DNA of 39,459 bases, from contig JAYVFL010000263.1 of NCBI GenBank assembly GCA_043773205.1, positions 1-39,459 on the forward strand, in the 5' to 3' direction. Of the stretch, positions 1 through 8,796 are shown piece by piece (within the stretch, counting starts at the first letter, position 1; each line of letters opens with the position of its first letter). The notes under the pieces were generated by a model. It saw only the letters and a list, made by a program, of their open reading frames with translations. It was not told the origin of the DNA and did no database searches. The DNA comes from Abditibacterium sp. GTDB lineage: Bacteria; Armatimonadota; Abditibacteriia; Abditibacteriales; Abditibacteriaceae. Both the position numbers and the translations under genes were made by a program.

Positions 1-6
1 CTGGCT

Positions 7-20
7 GCGAATTCATTCGC
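7..20. repeat. Short REP-like palindrome GCGAAT-TC-ATTCGC
   Basis: gcgaattcattcgc at 7-20; the same core recurs inside 38698-38729, and the window ends in ...tcggcgaa, the start of the same motif. Confidence 0.6.
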
Positions 21-68
21 CGGTTCGTATGATTGCGTGCGCCTCAGTTCTAATTCCCTTTCCTTCCG

Positions 69-500
69 ATGAAATTTCTCTTTTTGGCGCTGCTCGCGGG
101 CACGCTTTTACCAGTGCAAGCCGCCATCAACGCGACGCTGCGCCCTCCTTTGGGCGGCGCGGTGTGGGCGGCCTTCGCCTCTTTTTTCGTGGGCACAGTG
201 TCGCTGGCAATTTACGGCTTGAGCGCGCGGGTTCCGCCCCCACAATCTTTGGGCGGCATCGCGGCGTGGCAATGGATAGGCGGATTACTCGGCGCGGTTT
301 TCGTGAGTTTGACGATTTTTCTCACGCCCCGAATCGGCACTGCCACACTTTTCGGTCTGATTATTTGCGGGCAGTTGTTGGCGTCGCTGATGTTGGATCA
401 CGGCGGCTGGATTGGCGTGCCGCATCACGCTTTGAACGCGCCGCGCGTTTTGGGCGCGCTTTTCCTATTGGTGGGCGTTTTCTTGATCCGCAAATTTTAA
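69..500 (+). CDS. DMT-superfamily small membrane transporter (YdcZ/DUF606-like)
   Basis: 143 aa with about 5 hydrophobic segments; motifs AGxLLPVQAAIN, WQWIGGLLGA, PRIG, GQLLASLMLDHxGW are typical of the YdcZ family. Confidence 0.85.
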   Translation: MKFLFLALLAGTLLPVQAAINATLRPPLGGAVWAAFASFFVGTVSLAIYGLSARVPPPQSLGGIAAWQWIGGLLGAVFVSLTIFLTPRIGTATLFGLIICGQLLASLMLDHGGWIGVPHHALNAPRVLGALFLLVGVFLIRKF

Positions 501-513
501 GAAGTGCCAATTT

Positions 514-543
514 CACGCACCAAAACCACACGCACCAAAACCG
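514..543. repeat. 15-bp tandem duplication (cacgcaccaaaacca / cacgcaccaaaaccg) in intergenic DNA
   Basis: Read directly; two copies with one mismatch. Confidence 0.8.
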
Positions 544-582
544 GGTTTTTGACGTCATACAAGAGGCAAATTTCGCCAACTC

Positions 583-2475
583 ATGTCCAGATTTCCTACT
601 TTTTTACTTGCGGGTGCGCTTGTCGTCTCGACCCCGCACTTTTCGCTGCCTCTTTTTGCCCAAACTCCCAATTCGCCTGCCATTTCTCCGCGAGATCCGG
701 CCACATTCGGCATCCGACGCGAAGCGGGCAACTGGCTTTTCAATGGAGCCATCTCGGTTGCACCTGGAGAGAACATCGGCGTTGCGGGCGGCCCAGTTTT
801 TATCGCCAATTTGCGTCGCGAGCAGAAAAATAAACTGCCACTTTTTCGCGCCACGACCAATCGCGCGCCGCTGTTTTGGGCGACCATGCCGTTGCCAGAT
901 TTCCGCACTTTAAGCGCGCCCAACTACGATTTTGCCGCTTTGCAAACGTTTTTGACGGGGCAGGTTAGCGCCGCGCGAACTTCGGGACGTAGTTTTGTGG
1001 GATGGTCTTTACCGGTTGGCGTGCCCGCGGGCAGCGAAAATGCGCCCGCGCTCACCAAAGCGAATGCAGCGCCAATTTTGAAGCGACTTCGCAGCGTTTT
1101 AGACGCGGTTGCGCCCGATTCAGCCCTTGTTTTGGACGCCGATACAACATCGAATACGTTACGCAGCACCATAGATATCGATGCCCTTGCCGCGTCGTGC
1201 GACGCCATTTTGCTGCGCGTTGGTTTAGCCAATCAAAGCAGTTTGTGGCCCCTCAAAGTCGCGCGCCGCGTCGCGGAAGAGCAAAAAGACTTCGATTTAC
1301 CCATTTTCGTGGCGCCGTTCAGTTTCGCATCGTCGAGCCTTATGCCATCGAGCCTCACACCGACCAATTCTAATTCGGTTAGGGACTTCGAGGCGCAGTT
1401 GATGGAATTTTGGATGGGCGGCGCCACCGGATTTGTATTGGAAGAAGCACAAACGCCGTCGTGGGCAGTTGCAATTGCTCGCAATCCGGGCCTTTTCACG
1501 GGCGCCGTGACACTGGAAGATGCCGCCGTTTTGCCTTCGATGAACCCGCAAACCTTGCGAATTGTGTCGCAGTTGCGTGCGGCCAGCCGCGTTCCCCTTG
1601 TGGGCCGCCTGCCCGCCGACGACCAGAACGGCGCCAAAAATGGCGAATCGCTATTCGCCGTGCTGGACGACCAAACTTCCTTGGAAGCCTTAGACGGACT
1701 CGATAAAGCGGCGCGCAGTGGAGGCACAATTTATCTGGAAGGCCTTCCCGACTTAAAAAACAAGCTCTTGGTGACCAAAATGAGCGATATGTCGAACGCC
1801 ACGCTGGAAATTTTGCCAGTTTCCAAAAAAGAGGTGTTATCGCTGAGTGACCCGTGGCTTTTCGGAACGGCGCGCGGGCTGGAAATTGGCGTGACACAAC
1901 GCTTGAAATGGACTTTGAAAACCTCGCTGGCGGCTCAGGCGCGCAAAAAAAAGGGCGAGAGTCTGTTGGAAGCCGTTAGCGTCGCCAAATTATCGAGCGA
2001 CGAAAACGGGTTGCTGATGGCGCCGCTCGGCAAGGGCCGCATCCTGTGGCTGGCTCACGCGCCATCAGGCAGTGCTTCGGACGAAGTGGCGCGGCGCACT
2101 TTTTATGCGGCCATCGCGGGCAATTTGCAGGGCGCGCTGGCCAATTTCAGTTTCGCCTCGGTGGAAGAAAGTTTTCAAGGCAGCGGTTCCGTTCATCTTG
2201 CGCTGCGGGCTTCTAAATTAGGCACGCCAATTGTCGCGCTCTTCAATCGCGGGGCAAGCGACGCCACTGTTTTGCTCAGCGCGCGCAGTGATGCAACGAT
2301 TGCACTCGATTTAATCACCGAGCGCGAAATCGCAGCAACAGTCAGTGGTTACTCCTCAAATTTGAAAGTCACTGTGCCCGCGCAGGGGTTTGCTTGGCTG
2401 ACGTTTGGCGCCACACGCGCCGCCCTCGATAAAGAGCGTCGGGCGCTACGCCCCAAAGCCAGAATCTTGAAATAA
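583..2475 (+). CDS. Secreted hypothetical protein; C-terminal half resembles a beta-galactosidase trimerisation (class I GATase-like) domain plus a beta-sandwich
   Basis: 630 aa with a signal peptide (…LPLFA|Q); segments EALDGLDKAARSGGTIYLEG and APLGKGRILWL resemble GH42-type trimerisation domains; followed by a terminator. Confidence 0.55.
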   Translation: MSRFPTFLLAGALVVSTPHFSLPLFAQTPNSPAISPRDPATFGIRREAGNWLFNGAISVAPGENIGVAGGPVFIANLRREQKNKLPLFRATTNRAPLFWATMPLPDFRTLSAPNYDFAALQTFLTGQVSAARTSGRSFVGWSLPVGVPAGSENAPALTKANAAPILKRLRSVLDAVAPDSALVLDADTTSNTLRSTIDIDALAASCDAILLRVGLANQSSLWPLKVARRVAEEQKDFDLPIFVAPFSFASSSLMPSSLTPTNSNSVRDFEAQLMEFWMGGATGFVLEEAQTPSWAVAIARNPGLFTGAVTLEDAAVLPSMNPQTLRIVSQLRAASRVPLVGRLPADDQNGAKNGESLFAVLDDQTSLEALDGLDKAARSGGTIYLEGLPDLKNKLLVTKMSDMSNATLEILPVSKKEVLSLSDPWLFGTARGLEIGVTQRLKWTLKTSLAAQARKKKGESLLEAVSVAKLSSDENGLLMAPLGKGRILWLAHAPSGSASDEVARRTFYAAIAGNLQGALANFSFASVEESFQGSGSVHLALRASKLGTPIVALFNRGASDATVLLSARSDATIALDLITEREIAATVSGYSSNLKVTVPAQGFAWLTFGATRAALDKERRALRPKARILK

Positions 2476-2489
2476 CATCAAGGCAAACA

Positions 2490-2522
2490 AAAACCGCGCT
2501 CCAAAAGTTGGAGCGCGGTTTT
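2490..2522. terminator. Bidirectional intrinsic terminator between convergent genes
   Basis: aaaaccgcgctccaa-aag-ttggagcgcggtttt: perfect stem with A and T tracts at the ends. Confidence 0.85.
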
Positions 2523-2538
2523 CTTGTAATTGGTTTTT

Positions 2539-5500
2539 TCAACTCACGTTAAAGACTTCGGGAACTTGCGGCAGACGGAATCCATAATCGGTGTCATCTG
2601 GCGTAGTGCTTAGATCGTTCTGTTGGAACCCGTTAAGCACAACGGTTGGATCGAAAATGTATTTGATTCGGTCGTTCGTGAGCTGGGTTGCCGCTGTAGA
2701 ATCGAAGGTTGTTGTGGCCCACTTGTTCATCCAGTCGGCAACTGCGCCCTTGGCTGTGACCGTAGTTCCTACTACTACATCGTTGACAAGCGCCGTCTGA
2801 TTCTCGGAAATGGCGCCGGTGAAATTAATTTGGTAATTGTAACGCGCGTAACGTGTCATCGCATACCTTTCGCTGTCCTCGATGGTGCCATTACGGTTCA
2901 AATCGGCGTATTCACCTACATCCCAAGTTCCATTGCCGGTGTCCAAATACTCACCTGCGTCTGGAACCGCAGGAAATACTGCCGGAGTTGTCAAATCCAT
3001 AAATGTTTGGGTGGCATCGCCGTGGAGACGAGACTCGAAAGTGGGACCAGGAATGACGAACCAACTGCCGTTTTGAGCATAAACGAAGGCGTTTACATCA
3101 AAAATATGTCCAGAATTAATTTTGGTTGTGGTGCTGTTTGAAGTCGTTAAGGCAACGTCTTCCAACTTCATGCCAAGCATTCGATAGTCGGGCAGAGCTG
3201 CTGCCGGCAAAACGTTAGCGGCCAGTGCGTTTTGACGAAGAGTGAACGAATTAAGACCGACATTCAAAGCCCCCACAGAGCGGCTATCTAAAGTGCTTCT
3301 CACCGGGGCTGTTCCGGTTGAAGTCTGATAAAAGCCTTGGTCGCCAGTCAGAATATCTTCGCGGTTAGCGCCTGACGTTGAATTAAGAAACGTTGGATCA
3401 AAACCAAACGCCCCTGTTTGGTCATAGGCTGTGCCATTCCAATTTTCGTTCGACATGATGGCAGGAGCTGTCGGGCCATTGACCCACATCGAAATCGAGG
3501 TGGCAACTGGCACGTCATAAGCGCCTGCTGCCACATCACTGTTAGCGATTTTGCCCTGCCAGCCAATTAAACCACCAGCTGCTACCAAAGGCGGTGTCGC
3601 TCCAAAATCATAGCGATTTCCAATTCCAGCGAGGTAGAAAAATGGAATTGAGCTATAAAGTGGAGTCGCAGTGGGAAGAAGAGTTACCTTGTATTTCCAC
3701 CCTACTGGCGCGTTAAGGTGAGTTCTCAGTTCCATCTCGTTCTTTAACTCTGTCAAGTCGAAATTTTGTGCAGAGGGTTCAGCAGTTATTGCGGTAGCGG
3801 GAAAAGAATCGGTCCCGGCGGGTGAGGGGCTGCTGAAATCTCCCCTGACTCTCTTATTCACTTCTGAAACGTTAGTTGCTGTAGTCACAAATGAAGTTTG
3901 AGGAGTATCAAGAACTCTTTTATTGGACAAAAATGTTCCTGATGCTGGCTTAGTTCCACCACCAAAATCCTCGGTTTCTACCTTCATCGCCGGAATTCTA
4001 TCGGCACCATGATTTAAGGCGATACGAACGTTCGCTAAATTGATTGGTGGAGTCATCGCCGGGATATTGAAGCGGCGTTGCATCGCATCGCCCGCATTCC
4101 TAATCACTTTGAAGGGTGTTGATGAAGTAGCTGCAGCATTCTGCTCGGCACGCGAACGCACAAAAGAGTTCGCCGCTATCTGGGTTGCTGGAGCCACTCT
4201 AACAAAGACCGTCATAGATGTAGCAGAAGAGTTGATGGAAGTAATTTGACCAATGCTTGAGATTGTGTCTACACCAGCCACCGAACTGGATGTTTCAACG
4301 AAATCATTAACGCGAAAATCACTGGTGCCTGTATTGGGCACAGTTATGTTGACTGAATTTCCCACAGTTACTGTTGGGGTGTTGGTAACGATTGTTTGTG
4401 CGTCTGGTCGGCCCAAAACGCGCGTTGGATTCATCACAACGTTCTTTTTGGCCAAAAGCAAAATTTTGCGAGGAAAACCAGTTGCTAAATTACCATCGGC
4501 ATTCGAATCGGCTGATAAAGAATCTTCGATATAAATGTTGCCCATCGAGACAACTGTGAGAGATCTGGGCGCATTTAAAACTTTACCTTTGATGCGCACA
4601 TTCCCTTCAGCGAATAAAACGCCGTTAACAGGCCAAAGCCGAGGTGATTTTCTGTATATACCTGCTTCAGTCGCTCCTGTGGCGGTATCAGCTTTCCAGG
4701 CTTTTTGGGAAAGTGGTCCTAAAGCATTTGTGAGTGCGCCTGTTCTATTATCGTCGCGAGGATCGCGAGTAATAGTGAGAATCGCTGTGCCATTAGATAA
4801 ATTAGAAAGCTCAATTTCAACACCACGCCCACGAAATTCATCGGGACCAACCCAGCCTCGCAAGTGTTGTTGCTCAAGTGAAGCCGTTGCTACATTGTTA
4901 GCATCAATTGTTGTTGCTACCCGTGAATAATTTTTAGCCGCTGACGTTGTTGGGCTTAACCACATTTCCACCAATTCACTTTGAGTCATCTCGCGTAGGC
5001 TTCCAAGCGTTGTATCAAAGACTTTTTCCTTGTCTTGCAAATTGTCAATGTAAATGCCTTGACCATATCCGTTCAGCGAACCAGAAAATCTATTTGCAGT
5101 AAGTGGTGTAGAAAAACGAGTTAAATTCCGGTAACGCTCAACACCATCACCAGAATCGATGGTAGGGGGCCGGAAATCCCGGACGTTGCGGGTGCTATTG
5201 TTGCTGGCGCGACCAGATAACCGGTTCCAGCCATCACTGACCAATTGATAATTGGGTGTTCCGGTCGTGAAAATGCCGTTTATTTCGCTGGAGCGCAGCA
5301 TTTGTGGAGTAGCGGTCGCATCAATCGCCACTTGACTCGTGGTGGCATCGAGAGCGATAACACCGGAAGTGAAAATATTGCCAGGGGCTTGATTACCTGC
5401 AAAAGCCGCCGCGTTGGAACGCAATTTTGTGGTCAATAAATCACCTGTAAGAACTAAGCTCGCATTGATTCTGGCTCCATCCACTTCGTTGATGCCTATT

Positions 5501-6576
5501 CCATCGGACAAACGAATTTTGCCCGAGGTTGACATGTTAAACGGAGTGACTGGCGTTGCGGGATTATTGTCGTAATCGATACCTTGTGGGGCACCAAAGT
5601 TGGCGGCAGCTTCAACCCGTTCTGGTCCCATCACTGGAGTGATTGGTTGAGCAAGTGTCAAAACGAAATTGGGCCGAGTCCCGACAACTGCAGTGACAAC
5701 TGCGCTGCGAGCCGCTACTCCAGCACGAGGGTTTGATACCGTGATGGAAAAAGGTGTTCCCAATTTTGTAAAGTCGCCCTGCGCGTTGATAACCGGCAGT
5801 GTGGGAGTCGCACCCGTTCCATCGCTTCCAGCCATTGGGTTGGCTTGACCTACCAGGCTTTGTCCCGTCAGAAAATCCCAATTCGAAACCGTGCGCGGCG
5901 TTTGGCCAACAGGCGCATTACGGGAGCCACCGAAATAGCTCACCGAACGCGTGTAGGCGGTGGGATCTTCGGTTGAAATCCCAATAACGGTGATTTCCAA
6001 CGATCCCGCGTATTCGACGCCCGCACTGAGCGGCGCCCGTCTCACTTGAGAGAGGAAAGTCGGAGCATCGCTGACTTGCGCACCTTGAGTGCGGGGATCG
6101 GGCGATTTAACAAGCTCTAATTTGCCAGACGCCGATGAGCGCGTTGCAACAAGGGCAAGGCGTTCGTCATCGGGATCAATTCTGGTTGGAAAAACTTCTC
6201 CATCGCCATCCAAATCTCCGGGATGCGGCGTGGTGCGCGCCCAACCCTGAGCGACTTCCATTGGTGTGTAGTAGAAAGCGTAATCGGCGTCTCCGGGCGC
6301 TGGCGGCACGTTTTCTAATTCGTTGCGCCATTTGTCTCCATCGTTGCTGTATGCCAGTTGCTCTTTGACATATTTCATTCCCGCTTCAGCTGCTACAATC
6401 GAGCGGTTTTTATCGACCTGACGCGCCGTTTGGTTGAGGTTCACCGACACAATCGCGATAAACGAAGCGCTCAAAAGCGCCGCGAAAATCATGATTAAAA
6501 CGGCCAGCAGCAAAGCCTGACCGCGTCGCGGCTGCCTGCAACCGGTTTGGCGATATTGTAAAGAGATTCGGCTCAT
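2539..6576 (-). CDS. Giant PilX/GspK-like minor pilin (~1345 aa), putative pilus-tip adhesin
   Basis: PRRG|QALLLAVLIMIFAALLS is a class III signal without Glu5, followed by the AAEAGM motif of PilX N-termini; several DxDxDG-like Ca-binding loops. Start placed at ATG 6576 because the longer ORF overlaps the upstream gene. Confidence 0.75.
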   Translation of the reverse strand: MSRISLQYRQTGCRQPRRGQALLLAVLIMIFAALLSASFIAIVSVNLNQTARQVDKNRSIVAAEAGMKYVKEQLAYSNDGDKWRNELENVPPAPGDADYAFYYTPMEVAQGWARTTPHPGDLDGDGEVFPTRIDPDDERLALVATRSSASGKLELVKSPDPRTQGAQVSDAPTFLSQVRRAPLSAGVEYAGSLEITVIGISTEDPTAYTRSVSYFGGSRNAPVGQTPRTVSNWDFLTGQSLVGQANPMAGSDGTGATPTLPVINAQGDFTKLGTPFSITVSNPRAGVAARSAVVTAVVGTRPNFVLTLAQPITPVMGPERVEAAANFGAPQGIDYDNNPATPVTPFNMSTSGKIRLSDGIGINEVDGARINASLVLTGDLLTTKLRSNAAAFAGNQAPGNIFTSGVIALDATTSQVAIDATATPQMLRSSEINGIFTTGTPNYQLVSDGWNRLSGRASNNSTRNVRDFRPPTIDSGDGVERYRNLTRFSTPLTANRFSGSLNGYGQGIYIDNLQDKEKVFDTTLGSLREMTQSELVEMWLSPTTSAAKNYSRVATTIDANNVATASLEQQHLRGWVGPDEFRGRGVEIELSNLSNGTAILTITRDPRDDNRTGALTNALGPLSQKAWKADTATGATEAGIYRKSPRLWPVNGVLFAEGNVRIKGKVLNAPRSLTVVSMGNIYIEDSLSADSNADGNLATGFPRKILLLAKKNVVMNPTRVLGRPDAQTIVTNTPTVTVGNSVNITVPNTGTSDFRVNDFVETSSSVAGVDTISSIGQITSINSSATSMTVFVRVAPATQIAANSFVRSRAEQNAAATSSTPFKVIRNAGDAMQRRFNIPAMTPPINLANVRIALNHGADRIPAMKVETEDFGGGTKPASGTFLSNKRVLDTPQTSFVTTATNVSEVNKRVRGDFSSPSPAGTDSFPATAITAEPSAQNFDLTELKNEMELRTHLNAPVGWKYKVTLLPTATPLYSSIPFFYLAGIGNRYDFGATPPLVAAGGLIGWQGKIANSDVAAGAYDVPVATSISMWVNGPTAPAIMSNENWNGTAYDQTGAFGFDPTFLNSTSGANREDILTGDQGFYQTSTGTAPVRSTLDSRSVGALNVGLNSFTLRQNALAANVLPAAALPDYRMLGMKLEDVALTTSNSTTTKINSGHIFDVNAFVYAQNGSWFVIPGPTFESRLHGDATQTFMDLTTPAVFPAVPDAGEYLDTGNGTWDVGEYADLNRNGTIEDSERYAMTRYARYNYQINFTGAISENQTALVNDVVVGTTVTAKGAVADWMNKWATTTFDSTAATQLTNDRIKYIFDPTVVLNGFQQNDLSTTPDDTDYGFRLPQVPEVFNVS

Positions 6577-6616
6577 GGAAAAACCTGAAATGAACTGTTG
6601 GAAAGCGAAATTCCGC

Positions 6617-7771
6617 TTAATTTGGGCAACCCGCATTCGGCAGATCGAAAGTTTGAGAAACGGGCACACGCTGCGCCTTACCTTGCCCATTGACGGCTGC
6701 CGCGCCAATCTGGTCGTATTGAGCCAGAGTCATGTTAACGGTAATGCGGTCGATGCGTTTGCCATCGGATGTACTTTCGACAAACGAAAGCTCAGGAATG
6801 TAAGAACCGGCACCGCCAGCCGGAGCGGACGGAGCGACCAGTTGCATTCCGCGCGGCGTAATCAAAGTGTGCGAACCGATAACATCCTCTGCGACTTGGT
6901 TGCCCGTTGTTGAAGGAGTTTCAGATGCGTCAATACACAAGGGCTGTAAATTTGCCTCGCCGAAGAAATTGTGGGTGATCCACAGAAAATTACGGTTGAT
7001 AATGGCATCATTACTTCCACTTACAAGAGCGGCAGGGAGCTTAGTCCAATCTGTTTCTACATTTATTGATGTTGGTGGACTTGGTGAACTTGGTGAATCT
7101 TTGGCAGGCTGATCTTTAAATGAGGTGTTGGGAACCATTCCCTCTAAACGACGATATGGATATTGGGCGCGAAACAGGACAATGGGATTGTCGATGACAT
7201 CGTAACGTTTAGAAATATCCAAACGACGTGGATAATAAGTAACCACGTAATCTTCGCCCACTTGTGATGCTCTTCCATTATTGCGACCTAAAAGAAGCAT
7301 GTCAATCCGACTCGGATTGCTGATAGCCTTGACCGAATTGCTTGTAATTCCAATGCCTGAGAGAGCTGGATCAGAGGTTGCGCCAGGGGCTACGTCAGAC
7401 CTAATATACGGAAGGCGCTTCCAATCTGTATTTCCATTAGTTCCGTTAGAGGGGTAAGGTGCCAACGCGCAATCAGATGCTAAATTCGCAGTGTTATCGC
7501 TAATTCCAGAGATGCGAGAATTAGGAAACACGAAGTTGGCGCGCTTGAAATCTTTGCTGATTTGCTGCATTGTGAGCTGCATTTCTTGTTGCAACCCAGA
7601 GCGCGCGGTTCCAATGTGGTAGGTCTCGAAGCCCAACCTCAAAGGAACCAAGATGATCGCTAAAAGCAGCGACATAATAGATACCGCTACCAAAATCTCA
7701 ACTAAAGTGAATCCGCTGCGCCGTTGCACTTTGCGGCGCAACTTGGGGTGAAATTGAATTGAATGTTTCAT
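6617..7771 (-). CDS. PilW/GspJ-like minor pilin with N-terminal methylation motif
   Basis: RRSG|FTLVEILVAVSIMSLLL followed by an amphipathic helix (MQQISKDFKRA); ATGA overlap with the upstream gene. Confidence 0.8.
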   Translation of the reverse strand: MKHSIQFHPKLRRKVQRRSGFTLVEILVAVSIMSLLLAIILVPLRLGFETYHIGTARSGLQQEMQLTMQQISKDFKRANFVFPNSRISGISDNTANLASDCALAPYPSNGTNGNTDWKRLPYIRSDVAPGATSDPALSGIGITSNSVKAISNPSRIDMLLLGRNNGRASQVGEDYVVTYYPRRLDISKRYDVIDNPIVLFRAQYPYRRLEGMVPNTSFKDQPAKDSPSSPSPPTSINVETDWTKLPAALVSGSNDAIINRNFLWITHNFFGEANLQPLCIDASETPSTTGNQVAEDVIGSHTLITPRGMQLVAPSAPAGGAGSYIPELSFVESTSDGKRIDRITVNMTLAQYDQIGAAAVNGQGKAQRVPVSQTFDLPNAGCPN

Positions 7772-8796
7772 GGCGATGGAACGCAGTCAGTTATCAAAAT
7801 AGTAGAAGGTGTAGATGTAACCAGCATGTCCTCAGCCTTTTCTCGCGGCACACGCTGCCAACCTGAACAAGTGCCCGTGTTAGACCCAGACGCATTCTGC
7901 ACATTTTGAACTACGGGAAGGCTCTGAACGCTGCCATCGGAAAACAACACGTTGTCGAAATTACGGCTTGTCGTGCGAGTGAGACCGTCTTTGTCCAGAG
8001 GACGATGGAAGCGGCACCAAGTTAAAACGGTCATGTCCTTAATGGAGCGATCAACAATTCGCGTTGCATTGCTTGAAGTGTCGATTTTGTAAGGAGTGAT
8101 TTGACGATATTTTATTGTGGCTTCCGGCCTTCTAAAACTCGAATAAGTCGGTTCAGCCGCTGGTGAATCGTCTGTCACTTGATAAGACAAATAAGACGGA
8201 TTCAAGTAATTGTAATTACCGTCTTTGATTAGCAGAGTGGGGCTGTCCACAGTTGCCGTTTTGCAATCGAAAGTAGGTGAAGTGGTGTCTGTTAAATCCC
8301 GGTATTGAACGTCGCGGCTAAAGTTGTCGGCGGGACAGTGAAAAATCTTGGCACTGCGAACGTAGCCTGAAAGCCCGACGAAACCATTGGCGACCTGAGA
8401 GGAATCTTCCAATTGCGCAGGCAAATCAACACTGGACAAAGAGCAATTTGTGCTGGCAGTGGCGCTCAACGAATCGGGTCTTTGAAATCCAGGTTTGCCA
8501 AATGTATATAACGACCATAGGCCAATGCCGCCTTTTAAGGTCTCATTAATATTTGAGTAACCCCCCATGTTGGGATCGCCATTTTCGTTTATATAGGGCA
8601 GACGACCGTCGTAATCCTGCGAATAGAGCCTCACCGATTTATAAATCTGGGATAGATTGCTCTGGCAGGATGTGCGCTTATTCCCATCGGAAATAGAGCG
8701 AAATGCACCGAAAGAAATCGAGCTAATAATGGCGATAACAGCCAAAACTACCAGAAGCTCAACCAGTGTAAAGCCACTTTTGTGTTGTTTGCGCAT
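7768..8796 (-). CDS. Prepilin-type protein, DUF1559/H-X9-DG-like
   Basis: KSG|FTLVELLVVLAVIAII, CQSNLSQI, YSQDYDGRLP, IFHCPAD and C-terminal NVLFSDGSV. Confidence 0.85.
   Translation of the reverse strand: MRKQHKSGFTLVELLVVLAVIAIISSISFGAFRSISDGNKRTSCQSNLSQIYKSVRLYSQDYDGRLPYINENGDPNMGGYSNINETLKGGIGLWSLYTFGKPGFQRPDSLSATASTNCSLSSVDLPAQLEDSSQVANGFVGLSGYVRSAKIFHCPADNFSRDVQYRDLTDTTSPTFDCKTATVDSPTLLIKDGNYNYLNPSYLSYQVTDDSPAAEPTYSSFRRPEATIKYRQITPYKIDTSSNATRIVDRSIKDMTVLTWCRFHRPLDKDGLTRTTSRNFDNVLFSDGSVQSLPVVQNVQNASGSNTGTCSGWQRVPREKAEDMLVTSTPSTILITDCVPSP

Noticed and set aside
29-913. 294-aa alternative + frame ORF and the many other antisense or overlapping ORFs in the track
   Set aside because: They overlap well-supported genes and have Arg-rich, motif-free translations typical of shadow ORFs in GC-rich DNA.
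6577-6708. Longer N-termini given by the ORF track (also for pilB 18169, pilT 15541, pilC 14082, 11738, folC 26053, M24 36094)
   Set aside because: Downstream ATGs fit SD sequences, signal-peptide positions or family starts better and avoid overlaps with neighbouring genes.
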